Shown here piece by piece: positions 28,373 to 43,949 of a DNA stretch of 64,000 bases. The position numbers were made by a program, and so were the translations under genes. Source of the stretch: Octopus vulgaris (Eukaryota); NCBI GenBank assembly GCA_951406725.2, contig OX597820.1:56792001-56856000 (forward strand), in the 5' to 3' direction. Below the pieces are notes generated by a model, which did no database searches, had not been told where the DNA came from, and worked only from the letters and a program-made list of their open reading frames with translations. The number at the start of each line of letters is the position of its first letter. Positions within the stretch are counted from its first letter, which is position 1.

Positions 28373-29482
28373 CTAGCAGAGATACCCGGCGTTGCCCGGT
28401 TACATTCAATTGAAGAATTAGACTTTTCTGTTAAATCTTCTGTAATGAACTGGAATATCTATGTTTCGAATTTCATCAAAATTGCAGATGAGAGTTATTT
28501 CCCTCTTTACACACCCTAAAAAAATTGTAATCGTGCCACCATGTATCCCATACTACTGATTTTTATGCGCATATTCCAAAATTCTAGTCTTATTGAACCT
28601 GTTAAAAAGATTTTGCTCCTGAAAAATGAAGGTCATGGAGCTCTAAAATGTGAGAGTTAAGGCCCCTGTTGGGGGTTGGCATCTTAATTTCAACCAGAGA
28701 AGTTGAATTGTTGAAAATCTTTTAAACTCGGGTCTTATATCTATTGTTTGAATTTTTTTGAAATAGGAAATATATGTTCACTGGACAGAATAAATTTAAA
28801 ATCTGTAAATGTCTTTGAATAACTAGTCACTCATCTGGGAAGGCCTTGAAATCAATGTTACCATCTGGGGACAATGTGCGACCGACTGATAATAAAAAGA
28901 CTGAAAGTAGGTCCGCAATCAAATAACTTTAATTTGTGGAATCAGTGGAGGCAAAGATGCCTCTCATTTACTTGACAATTTATGCACCACATTGCAGAAA
29001 TCACAATGTAAGTGTATGTCAAAGCAAACTGTTACACTGTTGCACCATTGAATTAGAAATAATGCCCAACTTTTATGCTCGGGTAACCCTACAGCTTCCA
29101 AGAGCACAACTGTATTCGTTTTTGCTTAGATAAAATGACAAAATTGTGGGTGTTAACTTTGTAAGAAGATGAAATTTTATAAATATTACTTCATTTGTAT
29201 ATTACTTCATTACTTCATTTATATGGCGGTGCCCCAGCATGGCCACAGCTCGTGAGCTGAAACTAGATAAAATAAAAATAAAAATAAAATAAATAATTTG
29301 TGTCTAATATCTATGGTTAAAATTTCCTCAACAACAAAAATATATGAATTGTCATGGGGGTTATGGCCCTAATGCATAGAATATAATTTCCAAATTTCAT
29401 AAAGATCCATTTAGTACTTTTGACCTGGTTTTGGATCATAAAAGAAATTACTAAAATTTGGGAGTTAAGGCTCCCATTAGGG

Positions 29483-29490
<8 letters not shown>
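28373..29490 (-). mobile_element. Non-autonomous Helitron-like element (5' boundary uncertain)
   Basis: Minus-strand 3' end: GC hairpin ccgggcaacgccggg, then CTAG|T at 28373. Confidence 0.55.
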
Positions 29491-29538
<48 letters not shown>

Positions 29539-29984
29539 AGAGAGAGAGAGAGAGTGATACACACACACACATACAAAGATAAATTGATAGATACAACTGA
29601 GTGGGCAAACAAAAATATGAGACACAGCCTAGTGCTTTTTTATGTCGATAAGCCTTGTACTTATTCTATTAGTTTGTTCTTGTGAAATCAGTAAGTCATG
29701 TGGATGTAAATAAATGAACAGCAATTGTGAAGCAGTGATGAGGGCGAAATACAGAGACAAAGACACTCACATACACTTACATATATACATACATATATAT
29801 ACGATTGATTTGTTTCAGTTCCTGTCTACGAAATCCATATATATTGTTGTTGGCATCCTTTTTGTCTCGGGAGACAATGGAGTTGCGCATAAAATAATCT
29901 AGTCCGGCTTTTACATTTCATGTCCTAATACATCTCCTGCTGTGGCTGTGTAGTCCTATCCTGGACAAACACTCTCTCTGGCAG

Positions 29985-30430
29985 GTGAGCATATTGAGAA
30001 ATGCGCAAAGCAACTACTACCACAATTTTTAATCTTTCCATTCTATCAACGTGCTATTGGAACACCAACACAAATTAGATTAAACAAAGAAACATTCTTC
30101 ATTGAAAAATATAAGCCTGAACTTAACCATCATAATATTCTTATACAGAGAAACTCATTCCATTAAAAAATAAATAAAGTGATTGTCTCCCTTATACCGG
30201 AAGAAATCCCTTATTACCTCCCCCTGCCTGGAACTCTCCTTTGCACTTCATAACGAAGACATGACACGATGTAGGTAAAGAACATTGAGAAATTGAAAAG
30301 TTTATACGAAAGCGGTTTTTCTCCCAAAACTATGTTACTATACACAAAATTTTATAACATTTTTCTAACATAACAACTTAAATATATTCTTTAACCTTAT
30401 AAAACAAGCCTTCTGTAGTTTTTTTACTCT
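29985..30430 (+). pseudogene. PLE GIY-YIG C-terminal remnant with 3' flank
   Basis: GEHIEKCAKQLLPQFLIFPFYQRAIGTPTQIRLNKETFFIEKYKPELN ends in the ExxxIxxxxPxLN motif typical of PLE endonucleases. Confidence 0.65.
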
Positions 30431-30434
30431 TTTC

Positions 30435-30471
<37 letters not shown>

Positions 30472-30478
30472 CATCTAC

Positions 30479-31710
<1,232 letters not shown>

Positions 31711-32138
31711 TGTTCCATTTTTCTCTCTTCTAGGTTCAAATTTATCTCTCTTTCTTTCTCCAAACACATACACCCACGCGTATACTTATATACACACTGA
31801 AACCTATAAATATAAACACATTTTAAATCGACATGGTGAGTTTCACTTTGCCGCTTATCCAGCAGATTGAAGCAGGGAAACAGCGTGACAAAATATTAGC
31901 AACAATATTCGTAGACACATTGAAAACCCAATTCTGGACGGAATTTTGAGGTTTTGCAGAGTATTGCAAACACTGCTGTTCCATTTCCAGGTTTATATTG
32001 TTCTCCGATAATAACTTTACATAGATATATTCGTTATAATTGCGAAGTTTTCTTCTTCTTCTTCTTCTTCTTCTCCACCTCCTCCTCCTCCTCCTCCTCC
32101 TCCTTCTTCTTCTTCCTCTCTCTCTCTATATGTATGTA

Positions 32139-32175
<37 letters not shown>

Positions 32176-32464
32176 GTACGTATGTATGTCTCTTCTGTTT
32201 TTTAATTGTTATAAATCTTCCACTGAGGAGCGAGCCGGTTTCCAACAAAGACACAAGGCTCCATATTTAGGATGTAGTTAACACAGACAAATTCACTTTT
32301 GGAACTTGAGAAAAGACTTGCATATTTTTACTGTTCCACTCACAGATTGGACTTGTAATGTTCAAATCAGCCGGTTAATTTCTCTTTCTGAAATCCCAGT
32401 TTATTCAGATTCTCCTTTAAGCATTTACTAACAAAACCTAGTGCTCCAATTATAATTTTGCTTA

Positions 32465-33300
32465 GTTTGGGGGCCTATTCTTGTTCTCATGGCCACTCCC
32501 GAGAACTGATGGTAAACATCACACGTGAACGAGAAGCAGTTAAATGAGAAGACAAGTTCAGCCAGACGAAGGAGTGTGGATGTGTCAGGTTGGGGGTTGG
32601 GTCGAAGGTCAAGGAAATGCTGGAGTGCACGCAGCCCCTCGTGGGGAGAGATCACCGTGTATAGACTCTTGAGGTCAAGAGTGAAGAGAAGATTAGAGGG
32701 ACCAGGAGGGAAGGACAAAGAATTGAAAAAACGAAGAGCATAGTTGGTATCATGGATGTGAGAGGAGAGGGAAGCCACTAGAGGAGAAAGAACACGGTCA
32801 AGATATCTGGAGATGAGTTCGGTGGGGCAGTTGCAGGCGGAGTCGATTGGGCGGTCAGGGTTGTTAGGTTTGTTAGGATTTTGGGGAGGAACTAAATTGC
32901 GGACAATGAGGTTACAGGCGGTGTTGGCAGACGGGAGCAGGAGATGAGGTCATGGACAGTGGAGGACACAGTCTGTTGGTAGCTGGGATTGGGGTTGGAG
33001 GGCAGAGGGTAGTAGAAGGTGGTGTCTTGAAGTTGGCGGAGAGCTTCTGTTTTGTAGAGGTCTGCGCGCCACACCACCACTGCTCCACCCTTGTCGGCCG
33101 GTTTTATGATAATGTCCTTGCGGCGTCGGAGACATCAAAGGGCCGAGAATTCGGCTGGGGAGATGTTCAGATGTCGGGGACGCTTGGAAAAGTCAAACCA
33201 GTCCATAGCACGCTGGCAGACGCTCACAAGAAGATCGACTGCTTGGAATTGGCCAGGAGTCGGCGTCCGCTGGGATGATCAGCGGCCCAGGTCGGTGAAT
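32465..33300 (-). pseudogene. Penelope-like element RT, N-terminal part
   Basis: IIKPADKGGAVVVW, PNNPDRPI..ACNCPTELIS, LFTLDLKSLYTVI, NCFSF..YHQFSGVAMRTRIGP. Confidence 0.9.
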
Positions 33301-33670
33301 ATATAGAATATATGTGTGTGTGTGAGTGTGTGTACATATTAGTAATCGTCAACAAATAATTGAAAGTTATAAACATTATACAATGTATTGAGTACCTATT
33401 TCATTTAATAAGCACAAAACACAATATGTAAATATTTCAATATGTAACTTGATATATTCATGTATATCTTCCTTTAGCTGTCCTTTAACCTGGTTTCGCC
33501 CCCTCTTTTTGAGCTTTCAGTTTATAGATACAGCTGAAAAGGAAATACTCTTGAAAATAAAATCGAGCCATACATTTGAATGAATATATAATACATTTTT
33601 GATCTAGAATATATTACATATTTCAGTATAAAAGCTTGATTTAATTTCCATTTGTCTCCGGCGTCGACGC

Positions 33671-33759
<89 letters not shown>

Positions 33760-33782
33760 GGTATGATGTAAGTATGTAAATA

Positions 33783-33827
<45 letters not shown>

Positions 33828-34550
33828 ATATACACATACACATATATATGTATACTTATTTATAAGCATATATGTATATAACCGTGTGTGTATATATATG
33901 AACGTATGTTTATATATGCATATATATCTATGTATGCATTTATGTATATACATATATACGTATATATATGTATATAAATATGCATGCTTCTATGTGTATC
34001 TATATCTATGTACATATATACATATCCATTGATACACATACACACACATATATAGTTGCGATTGTAATCTGAGAAGATAACGTTTGCTTATGGGAATTGC
34101 TATGTGTAACGCTGTTCTTATTCGTCGTGTACAATTCTTTTCCAATCTGTGATAGATTTATGTATCAATACTCCGGAGATGAATAAGTGTTGAACATTTT
34201 TTTCTCACCTATAATATCCGTAGAGAGTTCTTTAGTTAATAATGTACACAGCAAAATATTCTGTTATGCGAAAGGTTTTATTTTGGTTATCTGTATCATG
34301 CTCATCTTCATAAGTTTAGCTTATTTTCGTTTTCATGTTAGATTCAAAAGTTTCAGTTCTTTTCCAAAAACTATTTCTACGTATTTCGATCTTCTAACAT
34401 CCACTATCAAATCTACTCGCTTCGAGTAGAGAGTGGAAATATCCAGTATTTAACACAAATACTTCTTGGGGGAGACAGCGAAGTTTTTCATCTTTTGATT
34501 CAGAGGATGTTAAGCTTTGCCCCCGTTTTAATTACTTTCTTGCCAACTTT

Positions 34551-34587
34551 TTTTTCTGAAGAAGGATTCTTTCCGAAACGTTGGATT
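34551..34587 (+). ncRNA. Minimal hammerhead motif (PLE type)
   Basis: ttt-CTGAAGA-a-GGA-ttctt-TCC-GAAA-C-GTT-gga; intact core, weak stem I. Confidence 0.5.
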
Positions 34588-34696
34588 TTCTAATCCTCTC
34601 AGCAAGTTTGCTGTACTCTTTGGGTCGATACTATTAAATAATACAAGTCTTGTCCATGTAGACCAACCCTAATCTCCTGGAGTCTGTTTGGTCGTA

Positions 34697-34783
<87 letters not shown>

Positions 34784-34883
34784 ATTACGGGAATTAATTA
34801 TTTAGTGTAAGGTTTACCCCTATCTATAAAAGTATAAATTACCATTTTTTATGTCTAACGTAAGTTAACAGTATTTAAAAAGA

Positions 34884-35120
34884 TCATTTAGTAATTGTTT
34901 CTGTTTTTAAACTCCACATTCGAGTTATCTCTATTTCCAGGTCTTTGTATATTGAAAGTTTCTCCATTTCTTTTTGAGAATTAATATATCGATTAGAAAG
35001 CATTTTTTCTTGATGACCTCCGACAAGTATATCCGGCCTATTGGTCTTAATTTCTCTGTGTATTGGCATATCCCATAGTATGCTTGCTTTCTCATTTTCT
35101 GTGAGGTTTTCTATATAATA
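34884..35120 (-). pseudogene. R4/Dong-like LINE restriction-like endonuclease remnant
   Basis: ILWDMPIHREIKTNRPDILV...KEMEKLSIYKDLEIEITRMW; adjacent to (TTA)n; a related RT remnant (EKSAKA..KRG, YNYLGI) lies at about 36060-36300 (+). Confidence 0.75.
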
Positions 35121-35123
35121 TAC

Positions 35124-35163
<40 letters not shown>

Positions 35164-35188
35164 GTTATCATTATTGTTATCATCATCG

Positions 35189-35307
<119 letters not shown>

Positions 35308-35311
35308 TACT

Positions 35312-35525
35312 AAGGCTGAGAGCTAGCACAATCGTTAGCACACCGGGCAAAATGCTTAGTGGCATTTCGTCCATCTTCACGTCCTGAGTTCAAATTCCGC
35401 CGAGGTCGACTTTGCCTTTCATCCTTTCGCGGTCGATAAATTAAGTCCCAGTGAAAACACTGTAGTTGTAGATGTAATCGACTAGTCCGCTCCCACAATA
35501 TTTCAGGACTTGTTTCTTTAGTAGA

Positions 35526-35530
<5 letters not shown>
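35312..35530 (+). mobile_element. SINE family B embedded in (TTA)n
   Basis: aaggctgagagctagc...gagttcaaattccgccgaggtcgac...gtagaaagt. Confidence 0.85.
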
Positions 35531-35565
<35 letters not shown>

Positions 35566-37494
35566 GTTGTTGTTGTTGTTGTTGTTGTTGTTATTATTAT
35601 TATTAGTGTGAACTCTTTAGTTTATATGTGTTCAACTCTACAACATCATTTTGTAACTCGAATAAAGCAGATTTGTAGTTATATTATTGCTGATATTTTT
35701 GGCAAAATATGGGCAATTCCTAGGAGCACTATGTTCTGAACTTCAGATATGGTTTAGCAGGCAATTGTTCGATTTTGTGATTTGCATTACGCTTCACTAC
35801 TTCCAACGGTCTCATAATTACGTAATTATATCTATTTTCAGATTTTTCATGTTTGGATAGTTCTTTTTTATTTTCAACCTCTTTTACTGTGATGCTATTT
35901 ATTGTCTGTTGGGCAAGTAACATCAATTAATGTACAAGATCTGGATATCTCGCAGTCGATTATATCGACTGCATCCTATTCCAAATAGTAATTTGTTGTC
36001 TTATGCCAATGATAGAAATCCTCATTATTGCTATTACTTCAAACTTCTCAAAAGATGATAACCAAATTGACAACTTATTACAAACTACGGATTTTGGCAA
36101 GTGTTATTTATATAAACATAGATGTAGAGAAATCTGCAAAGGCTATATTGAAGAGAGGAAGAGAAGAGGAAGAGCATAAGAGCATATAAAGTGTAGTTAG
36201 ATCTTGAAATAAGAAATTATGGAATAAGGACAAGCCTACAATTATCTAGGAATAAATGGACATGATTAGGATATATCATTCCAAAATGAAAGAGAATATT
36301 TTAGTACCGAGGACAGGAGAAAATTGTAAGAATAAAGTAATATGCTACGGCTTTGATGTTTGAAATTAGAAATTGAACGACGGAGATTTGATAATAAAAA
36401 AGAAAAGAAAAATGATAAAATTAATTATTATATTTTATCTTTATCTCAGCGGCATCCCAGTATGGAATGCAGCCATGCTGGAATAACCGTCTTGACGTGT
36501 TAAGACAAATAAATCGACCTCTACACTAATTTTGAAGTCTGGTATTTGCCGGGATCCACTGCCAAACTACTAAATTACGGGGACGTAAGGAAACAGACGC
36601 CGGTTGTCTAGTAGAGGAGGAGGGGTAAATAATATAAATACAAAGACACAGACACATATACAGATCTACCATCTACCAAACGCGTTCACAAGACATTGGT
36701 CGGCCCGGGTTTATAGTAGCAGACATTTGCCCAAGGTGCTACGTAGTTGGACTGAACATGAAACCACGTTGCTAATCATTAGATCTACTAAGATCTACTA
36801 CTGAAAGCATATTTTAAGATTAGATATATTCCTATGGACAAGAGAGAAGAGAACGGCGATTTATTTAGCAGAGGCGCCAAATCACTATAAAATCCAAATT
36901 TGTATGGCTCTCATTTTAGTACCAACCAAATTGACCTAAAATGAGATCGATTTTTAACATGCGTATATGATTGCTCATTTTAGGACATAGATTTCAAACA
37001 AGTAGCTTTATGCTAGTATCAGAAGACTAAGCTGTGTCCCCATCAACGTCGGTACTTTAGGCAATTTATAAAAGGCCAAGAAATCTACTATAGTCATTTA
37101 GCAGATTTTAGAGTCTATTCTGTACCTGTACTTTCGTTGCTAGGCTACATGAACAATATTTGTATGGATGGCTAACCAATAACGCCTATCAACAAAAGTA
37201 GGTAGCTCTTTACACTCACTAAGGTTTAGAAAATTGCTATAGGTTGTCTTACAATAGATTAACTGAAGTATATAGGAGAGAATAACTGTAGACTACTACA
37301 CACACGAAAAACAAGAATGATCGTAAATATAACAAACAAAATAGAGTATGAAAGGAGTAAGAAAAACGAAAGGAATTTTTGCCATAAAACATAATATTAA
37401 GGATAAAAGGAAAATGGTAACTTAGCAGGAAAATTCAATATCATATGAGATACATACATATATATCATATCGAAGTCGAAAAAGTTTAAAATTT

Positions 37495-38150
37495 GATTTC
37501 GAAACAAGGTCATCAATTTTAAGGGAGGCGACATTCAACTGGTACTTATTTCATTAACCCCGAAAGGATGAAAGGTAAAGTCGGCCTCGGCAGAATTTGA
37601 ACTCAGAACGTGAATAGGGGAGAAATACCGCAAGTCATTTTGTCCGGCTTGTTAACGATTCTGCCAGCTCGCCGATTAAAAAAATTAAACATTTGTTCTA
37701 CTATAGGCACAAGGCTTGAAATATTGGGAGAGGGAGCAGGTCGATGACATCGACCCCAGTTCTCAACAGGTACTTATTTTATCGACTCCGAAAGGATGAA
37801 AGATAAAGACGGCCTCGGCGTAATTTGAACTCATAACGTGGAGACGGATGAGATATTGCTAAGCATTTCACCCAGAGTGCTAACGATTCTGCCAGTCCGC
37901 TGATTTAAAGAGTTAAAATATTCTTTTCTACTCTAGGCACAAAGTACGAAATTTTGGGGGAAGAGGTCAGAAGATTAGATCGACCCGAGTACGCAACTGG
38001 TACTTAATTTATCAACCCTGAAAGGATAAAAGGAAAAGTCAACGCCGGAAAAATTTGAACTCAGAACGTAAAGACAGACGAAATACCGCTAAGCATTTCG
38101 CCCTGCCTGCTAACGTTTCTGCCACCTCGCCGCCTTAAAGAGCTAGAATA
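37495..38150 (-). mobile_element. Three head-to-tail SINE family B copies
   Basis: Three ~215-230 bp units separated by related ttaaagagttaaaatatt-like spacers. Confidence 0.85.
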
Positions 38151-39263
38151 TTAACAAGGTTCATACTTCTGGCTCCGTTAAAAGCAGAGGCTACTATATA
38201 TGAAAAGAGTACTTCCTTAGTCTAAAGGAAGAATCCTCAGTGTAACTACTCGATCTTTTAGAAATAAAAATCAAATCTTTGTCCAGTAACACTCAACTAT
38301 CTTAGAAAAACAAAGAGTACATTGGATAAAATGGTCCTAGATATCTTAAACAGAGGGGATGATCACAAATGGAATGTCTTTGATCATGTCTTTTCAACAG
38401 AGTTGTGAAAAGTTAAAAGAAAACAGCATTAATTACAATCCATGAAAGATTTTAAGAAACTGGTTGTGTTGGCGACCGTTCGACCTGTTAGAAACAACAG
38501 CAGCTAAATCTCTTTCAAATTGCACCCTACTATCTTGTGTATCCAGGATAATGTAGTGCTAGATACTCTCTTCTTTACACAATCGGTTCAATGAATAACC
38601 CTGGGGGTCTTCCTTAAGAGGCCCTTCTCTCTATGATTGGCTTTGATCAGTTCTGGGCCGGTGTTGTATAGTTCAGTTTCCCATCTATTGTTTTATGCTG
38701 TCAAGCCTCCCCACCTACTGTCATAGTCTTCCAAGCCAACGCCTGGGATAGCAGTTTCTAGTTCAGGCACAAGACCATAATTTTGAGAGAAGGTGAATTC
38801 ATGTCATCGACCCTAGACCTGACTGGTAATTATTTTATCAACCCCGAAAAAAAATGAAAGGCAAAACTTACTTCCGTGAAATTTGAACTCAGAACCTATA
38901 GAGCTGGAAGAAATACTACAAAGCAGTTTTTCAAATGCAGAAACGATTTTGCCTAACGTCCTTGCCTAGAATAACACCTAAAATAAAGACGGGTGAGCAA
39001 TTACGTCTTAAACTCATTTCATAAAACGGTCAGACTCAGTTAGGTTTGGCTTGGGGCTAAACAGCAGCAACAGCCGTCCAAGAATTTGGACCTGGAGATC
39101 TCCATTTCCAGCGACTTCGAGGGCCACCTCCCAGTGGTGTCGGGCGTCAATGAAGAGCCCTCGACTACAACAAGACGACCAAAGTTTTTTTTTCCAAGGT
39201 CTGGGGTCTCCCGCCCCTAAGCCCTAGACCATCACCTAAATACCCTTACCCGTCTTGTTGCTT

Positions 39264-39294
<31 letters not shown>

Positions 39295-39862
39295 GCAACA
39301 GCAAAAGCAGCAGCATAAAAAAAGCAAAAAAACAGGAATGATTATAATCTATAATATTCTGTTCGTCATGAAGTTCCGGTGTTACATAATAAGCAATTTT
39401 AACTATCGAACGAAATCGAAGACATACTTGAATCTGTAATATAATGAAACAATGTCTGGTGGAAGATTTATATATCTATGTATCAAAATAGAAATAATGT
39501 ATATAAATAATGTAATTTCCAAAGGTTCTGTTTCGAGAAATAAACAGAATATTGAGGCCGGACAACAAGTCGATGTTCTAGGAAGGATAAAGAAATACGC
39601 AAATAATTATAATTATGATACTAGAAGTTATGTAAACTGTAGCGAATACATTAATATTGTAAGACAGAGCACACATAAAGATTGCATACACTGATATCTG
39701 TTCATGCATATCTATATGTATATGTGAGTATCCGTGTGTGTGCAGGTGTGCGTGTGTGCATGTGTGTGTGTGAGTGCATTTATAACAGGTATACATGGAC
39801 ATCGATTAATACGTTACAGCATTGTAAGACAGAGCTCACATATTAAACTATCTGTCTATTTA

Positions 39863-41076
39863 TCAGGTTGTCAAGAAAGATATAGCGGCTTTTAACCTTT
39901 AAATTCAGGTGCACATATCTCGGCTCAAACAAAACTTTATTAATCGAAATAAACACCATCAGAATCAACACACTTTTGCCAATGTGAAGCAAGTTTATTT
40001 ATGCCAGTAGTGTAAAAATCATGCGTTCTGGTGGCGATGAAGTCGTTGAAGGCGTGTTTAGTATCGCCTTGGTTTTTGAAGCATTTCTCACGCAGGAAGT
40101 TGTCGAGATGCTTGAAAAAGTGGTAGTCGGTAGGCGAGAGGTCTGGTGAGTATGGCGGATGAGGCAGAGTTTCCCAGCCCAATTCGTTCAACTTTTGCAG
40201 GGCGTTGGTCCTTTTCTATTGACCATTGCTGGCTGTTGGAGTTTCTTATGCATTTCATATATTTGCTGACAGTACTTCGCCGTAATTGTTTCCAAAAAGC
40301 TGTGATAGATGAGACCGGCCGCAGACCACCAAATAGTCACCATGACCTTCTTTTGATGCAATTTTGGCTTCTGGAAGTCCCGTGGAGCTTCGTTGGCGTT
40401 CAGCCACTGAGCTGAGCGTCACCGGTTGTCGTAAAGAATCCACTTTTCATCGCAAGTCACAATCCGGCAGAGAAACAGGTCATTCTTGTTGCGTAAAAAA
40501 AGAGAAGACGACACTTCAAAACGGGGTTTCTATTTTTTTTTTTGTTGTCTTTCAATTCATGCGGCACCCATTTTATCAAGTTTTTTTTTATTTTTCAAAT
40601 CTCTTTCAAGTGGTTGGAAATTGTCGTATACGTTACGTCTAATTCAGAAGCAAGCTCTCGAACAGTTGTGAGTGGAATGGCTTCGTCTAAGGCTCTTAGT
40701 TGATCGTTGTCAACATCCGATGGCCGACCACTACGCTTATCATCTTCAAGACTCCTGTTACCGCTACGAAATTTCTGGAACCGCCATTGTGCTATACGTT
40801 CATTAGTGGTTCCTGGGCCTAACGCATCGTTGATATCGCGAGTTTGAATTGAAATGAGAGAAATTGTGCCAATTTGCTTTTTGTCCATGTTGTATTCAAC
40901 GTTCCGGAAAAATGGCCTAATTATTCAAAAAGAAAAGAGAGTAGCACGATTAGACAGAGCGAAAGACGGGCTTTAAAATGATATATAAAGTCAAAGTAAT
41001 GTAACGAAAATTAATTTTAAATACATCATTTAAAACCAAAATGAAAAATTCCGCAAGAACTTTCTTGACAACCTAA
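39863..41076 (-). mobile_element. Mariner transposon, Hsmar1/cecropia-like, internally deleted
   Basis: TIRs t(c/t)aggttgtcaagaaag...gcgg at 39863-39888 and 41051-41076, with TA flanks. Confidence 0.93.
39940..40888 (-). pseudogene. Mariner transposase pseudogene
   Basis: MDKKQI...SLEDDKRSGRPSDVDNDQLRA and LPHPPYSPDLSPTDYHFFKHLDNFL...WQKCVDSDGVYFD*. Confidence 0.92.
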
Positions 41077-41119
41077 TATATTCTGTGTGTGTGTGTGTGT
41101 GCTTATCTGCCTGTCTTAC

Positions 41120-41170
<51 letters not shown>

Positions 41171-42511
41171 ATATATATGTATATATATATATACATATGT
41201 CCGTGTGTGTGTTTGTGTGTATATATGTATTATATAAAAATATATATACATACACACATACGTACATACACACAACACATACACATATATATATATTTGT
41301 ATTTATATACATACACAGGCAATTTATATGTATGTGTACATACATACTTACACCCACTCACACATACGCACACGCATGTATATATTTAAGTATGTAGTAA
41401 GCATACAAACACATGGACACATGTATACATATATATATATATACATATATGTATGTATCTCATATATATCATAGGAGTTGACTTAATAATAATTACGACT
41501 ATTGCTTGTTAATGAGCTCTAAAGCTAAGATGACTCTTTAGCCCCAGCTGAAGATCAGCTTTCGCTATAACTCTTACGTAAATGTCTACTCATTCAATTT
41601 GCTATACAAAATCATGACATTTGCCATTGTGTACAGACGTGTCTCTTCAGACCACCAATAAGAAAGACAACATTTATTACACGATTGGCAGACATGTTTC
41701 TCGCAGGTGGCAATAATTTATTGTTAACTTGCATTGTTTCATTCATACTACCTTGAATGGCTAACAAGACCAGCCAACGAAAATTCAAACTCGGTTACAA
41801 GTTGAACGCTTGGCGGAATTATAGATATTTTTATGGTTTCTTTTTGTTGAGTCACGCGTTAATTTTATGCATTTAATTCAATTCTCTTCAAATTGCACAA
41901 ACATATTAAATGTATACTTTTCATAATGCCCAATCAATTGATATTTTTTCTTAAAAATTTCCTCACGAATATTACCGTTTATCAGATCAGTCTTTAGAAG
42001 TCTTTGTATATTAACTTCTGTTTGCAAGGAGGTATTTTCCCAAAACATAATTCTTCATAAAGTAAACGCTTTCGAATTCTTTCATATTTAATACGAAAGT
42101 GTGTAGTAGGATAGGACGATGCATTGTGGTCTTGAGCAAGACACTTCATCCCACGTTCTGCAAACACTTCGACGTGTGGCACGCTGTACATTTGCACAAG
42201 CAGTATCAATATGATGGAATGAGTGAATTTATGTACAGCACAAACATATGATCACTATAAACAAAATGATAGTACAGGTTATTTAGTAAGAAGTTGCCGA
42301 AATGTCTTTCTCGGAAACGAGAGACTGCCAACAACAATACAAACTTTACGACTTTCTAAAAATATACATTTTGTTTTTTGCCTTTCATTTGTTTCAGTCG
42401 TTGGACTGCGGCCTGGCTGGAGCATCGCCTTGAAGGGTTCAGTCGAGCAAATCAGTACTTATGTATTTTTACGTCTGCCACTAATTGTATCTTTAATTAT
42501 TATTTTTTTTT

Positions 42512-42828
42512 GTCGAGATGCAATGGCCCAGTGGTTAGGGCAGCGGACTCGCAGTCGGAGGATCGCGGTTTTGATTCCCAGACCAGGCGTTGTGTGTGTT
42601 TATTGAGCGAAAACACCTAAAGCGCCACGAGCCTCCGGCAGGGGGTGGGGTGGCGACCCTTGTTGTACTCTTTCGGCCCAACTTTCTTTCACTCTTTCTT
42701 CCTGTTTCTTGAGTAACGCTGCGATGGACTGGCATCCCGTCCAGCTGGGGGGAACATATACGCCACAGAAACTGGGAAACCGGGCCCATGAGCCTGACTA
42801 GGTTTGAAAAGGGCGCATAAAAAAAAAA
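42512..42828 (+). mobile_element. tRNA(Arg)-like SINE family C nested in a family A SINE (42375-42930, minus)
   Basis: A-box tggcccagtgg and B-box ggttttgattcc; TSD cactaatt(g/c)tatc at 42479-42491 and 42829-42841. Confidence 0.85.
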
Positions 42829-42921
42829 CACTAATTCTATCGGTTTCTTTTACGGAATCGCTAAGTTACGAGAATATAAACAGACCAGAACCAGTTGTCA
42901 AGCAGTGGGTGGATAAAGACA

Positions 42922-42976
<55 letters not shown>

Positions 42977-43617
42977 ACATACATACAGACACGCAAACAC
43001 ACGCACTCAGATCGTTCAGTTGTAGTTTCAATTCTAGCTCAAATAGCTCATTGTATCTTCGAGAAATTTCTAAATTCATTTCACATTACACTCACAAGAA
43101 AACGAGGCCCAGACATTGACTAGGAGGAGGACTGGCGTCCCATCCAGGGGTTTGGAGTAATCTTGTGCTTTCAGCCTTGAAACCTTCAAGCGCACTCCAG
43201 TCTCACGAGCCTGAAACCTCAAGACTGACTGACTGACTGACTGACTGACTGTATGTATGTATGTGTGTGTGTGTGTGTATGTACGTACGTATCATACACG
43301 TATTTGTATATGTATATACGTCAAGAACAGAAGCAATAGTAATATTAATGCGTTCTACTACTGGCACACAGCCTGAAATTTGGGGGAACGAGAAGCTAGT
43401 CTATTGCCTCGATCCCAGTGTTCAACTGGTACTTTTTATGGACCCCACCTCCAAAAAAAAAATGGAAAGGCGAAGTCGATTAGTGAAAGATATCGAAATG
43501 AGAAACGTTATCATTGCTGAAAGAAGTGAGCTTGAATCTAACTAAACTGGTTGAAGTAATCAAAATGATACGCGCGCGCGCACAGACACACATATATGTA
43601 CGTGCATATTATGTGTG

Positions 43618-43916
43618 CGGAGGCACGTGGCCGAGTGGTTAGAGAAGCGGACTCGCGGTCGAGGGATCGCGGGCTCGAATCTCAGACCGGGCAACGTGTG
43701 TGTTTATGAGCGAAACACCTAAGCCCCACGTGTCTCCGGCAGAAGGTAATGGCGAACTTCTGCTGACTCTTTCGTCACAACATTCTCTCAATCTTTCCTC
43801 CTGCATCTTGCAGCTCACCTGGAACGGACCGGCGTCCCATCCGGGTCGGGAACCTATACGCCAAGGAAACCGGGAAACCGGCTCTGTGAGCCAGGTGTGC
43901 CTCGAGAAGGAACAAA
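43618..43916 (+). mobile_element. SINE family C variant with 13-bp TSD
   Basis: tggccgagtgg...gggctcgaatc; catattatgtgtg at 43605-43617 and 43917-43929. Confidence 0.9.
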
Positions 43917-43949
43917 CATATTATGTGTGTGTGTGTGTGTGTGTAGAAG

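Noticed and set aside
28840-29110. Cys-rich stretch inside the Helitron-like element, possibly a captured CxC domain
   Set aside because: Several frameshifts are needed to see the motif; it cannot be supported without a profile search.
37495-38150. Regularly spaced repeats suggesting a CRISPR-like array
   Set aside because: The long units are homologous SINEs rather than unique spacers; the context is eukaryotic and there are no cas genes.
42512-43700. tRNA-Arg-like sequences at 42515 and 43620
   Set aside because: These are SINE heads: they lack an acceptor stem and continue into SINE bodies flanked by TSDs.
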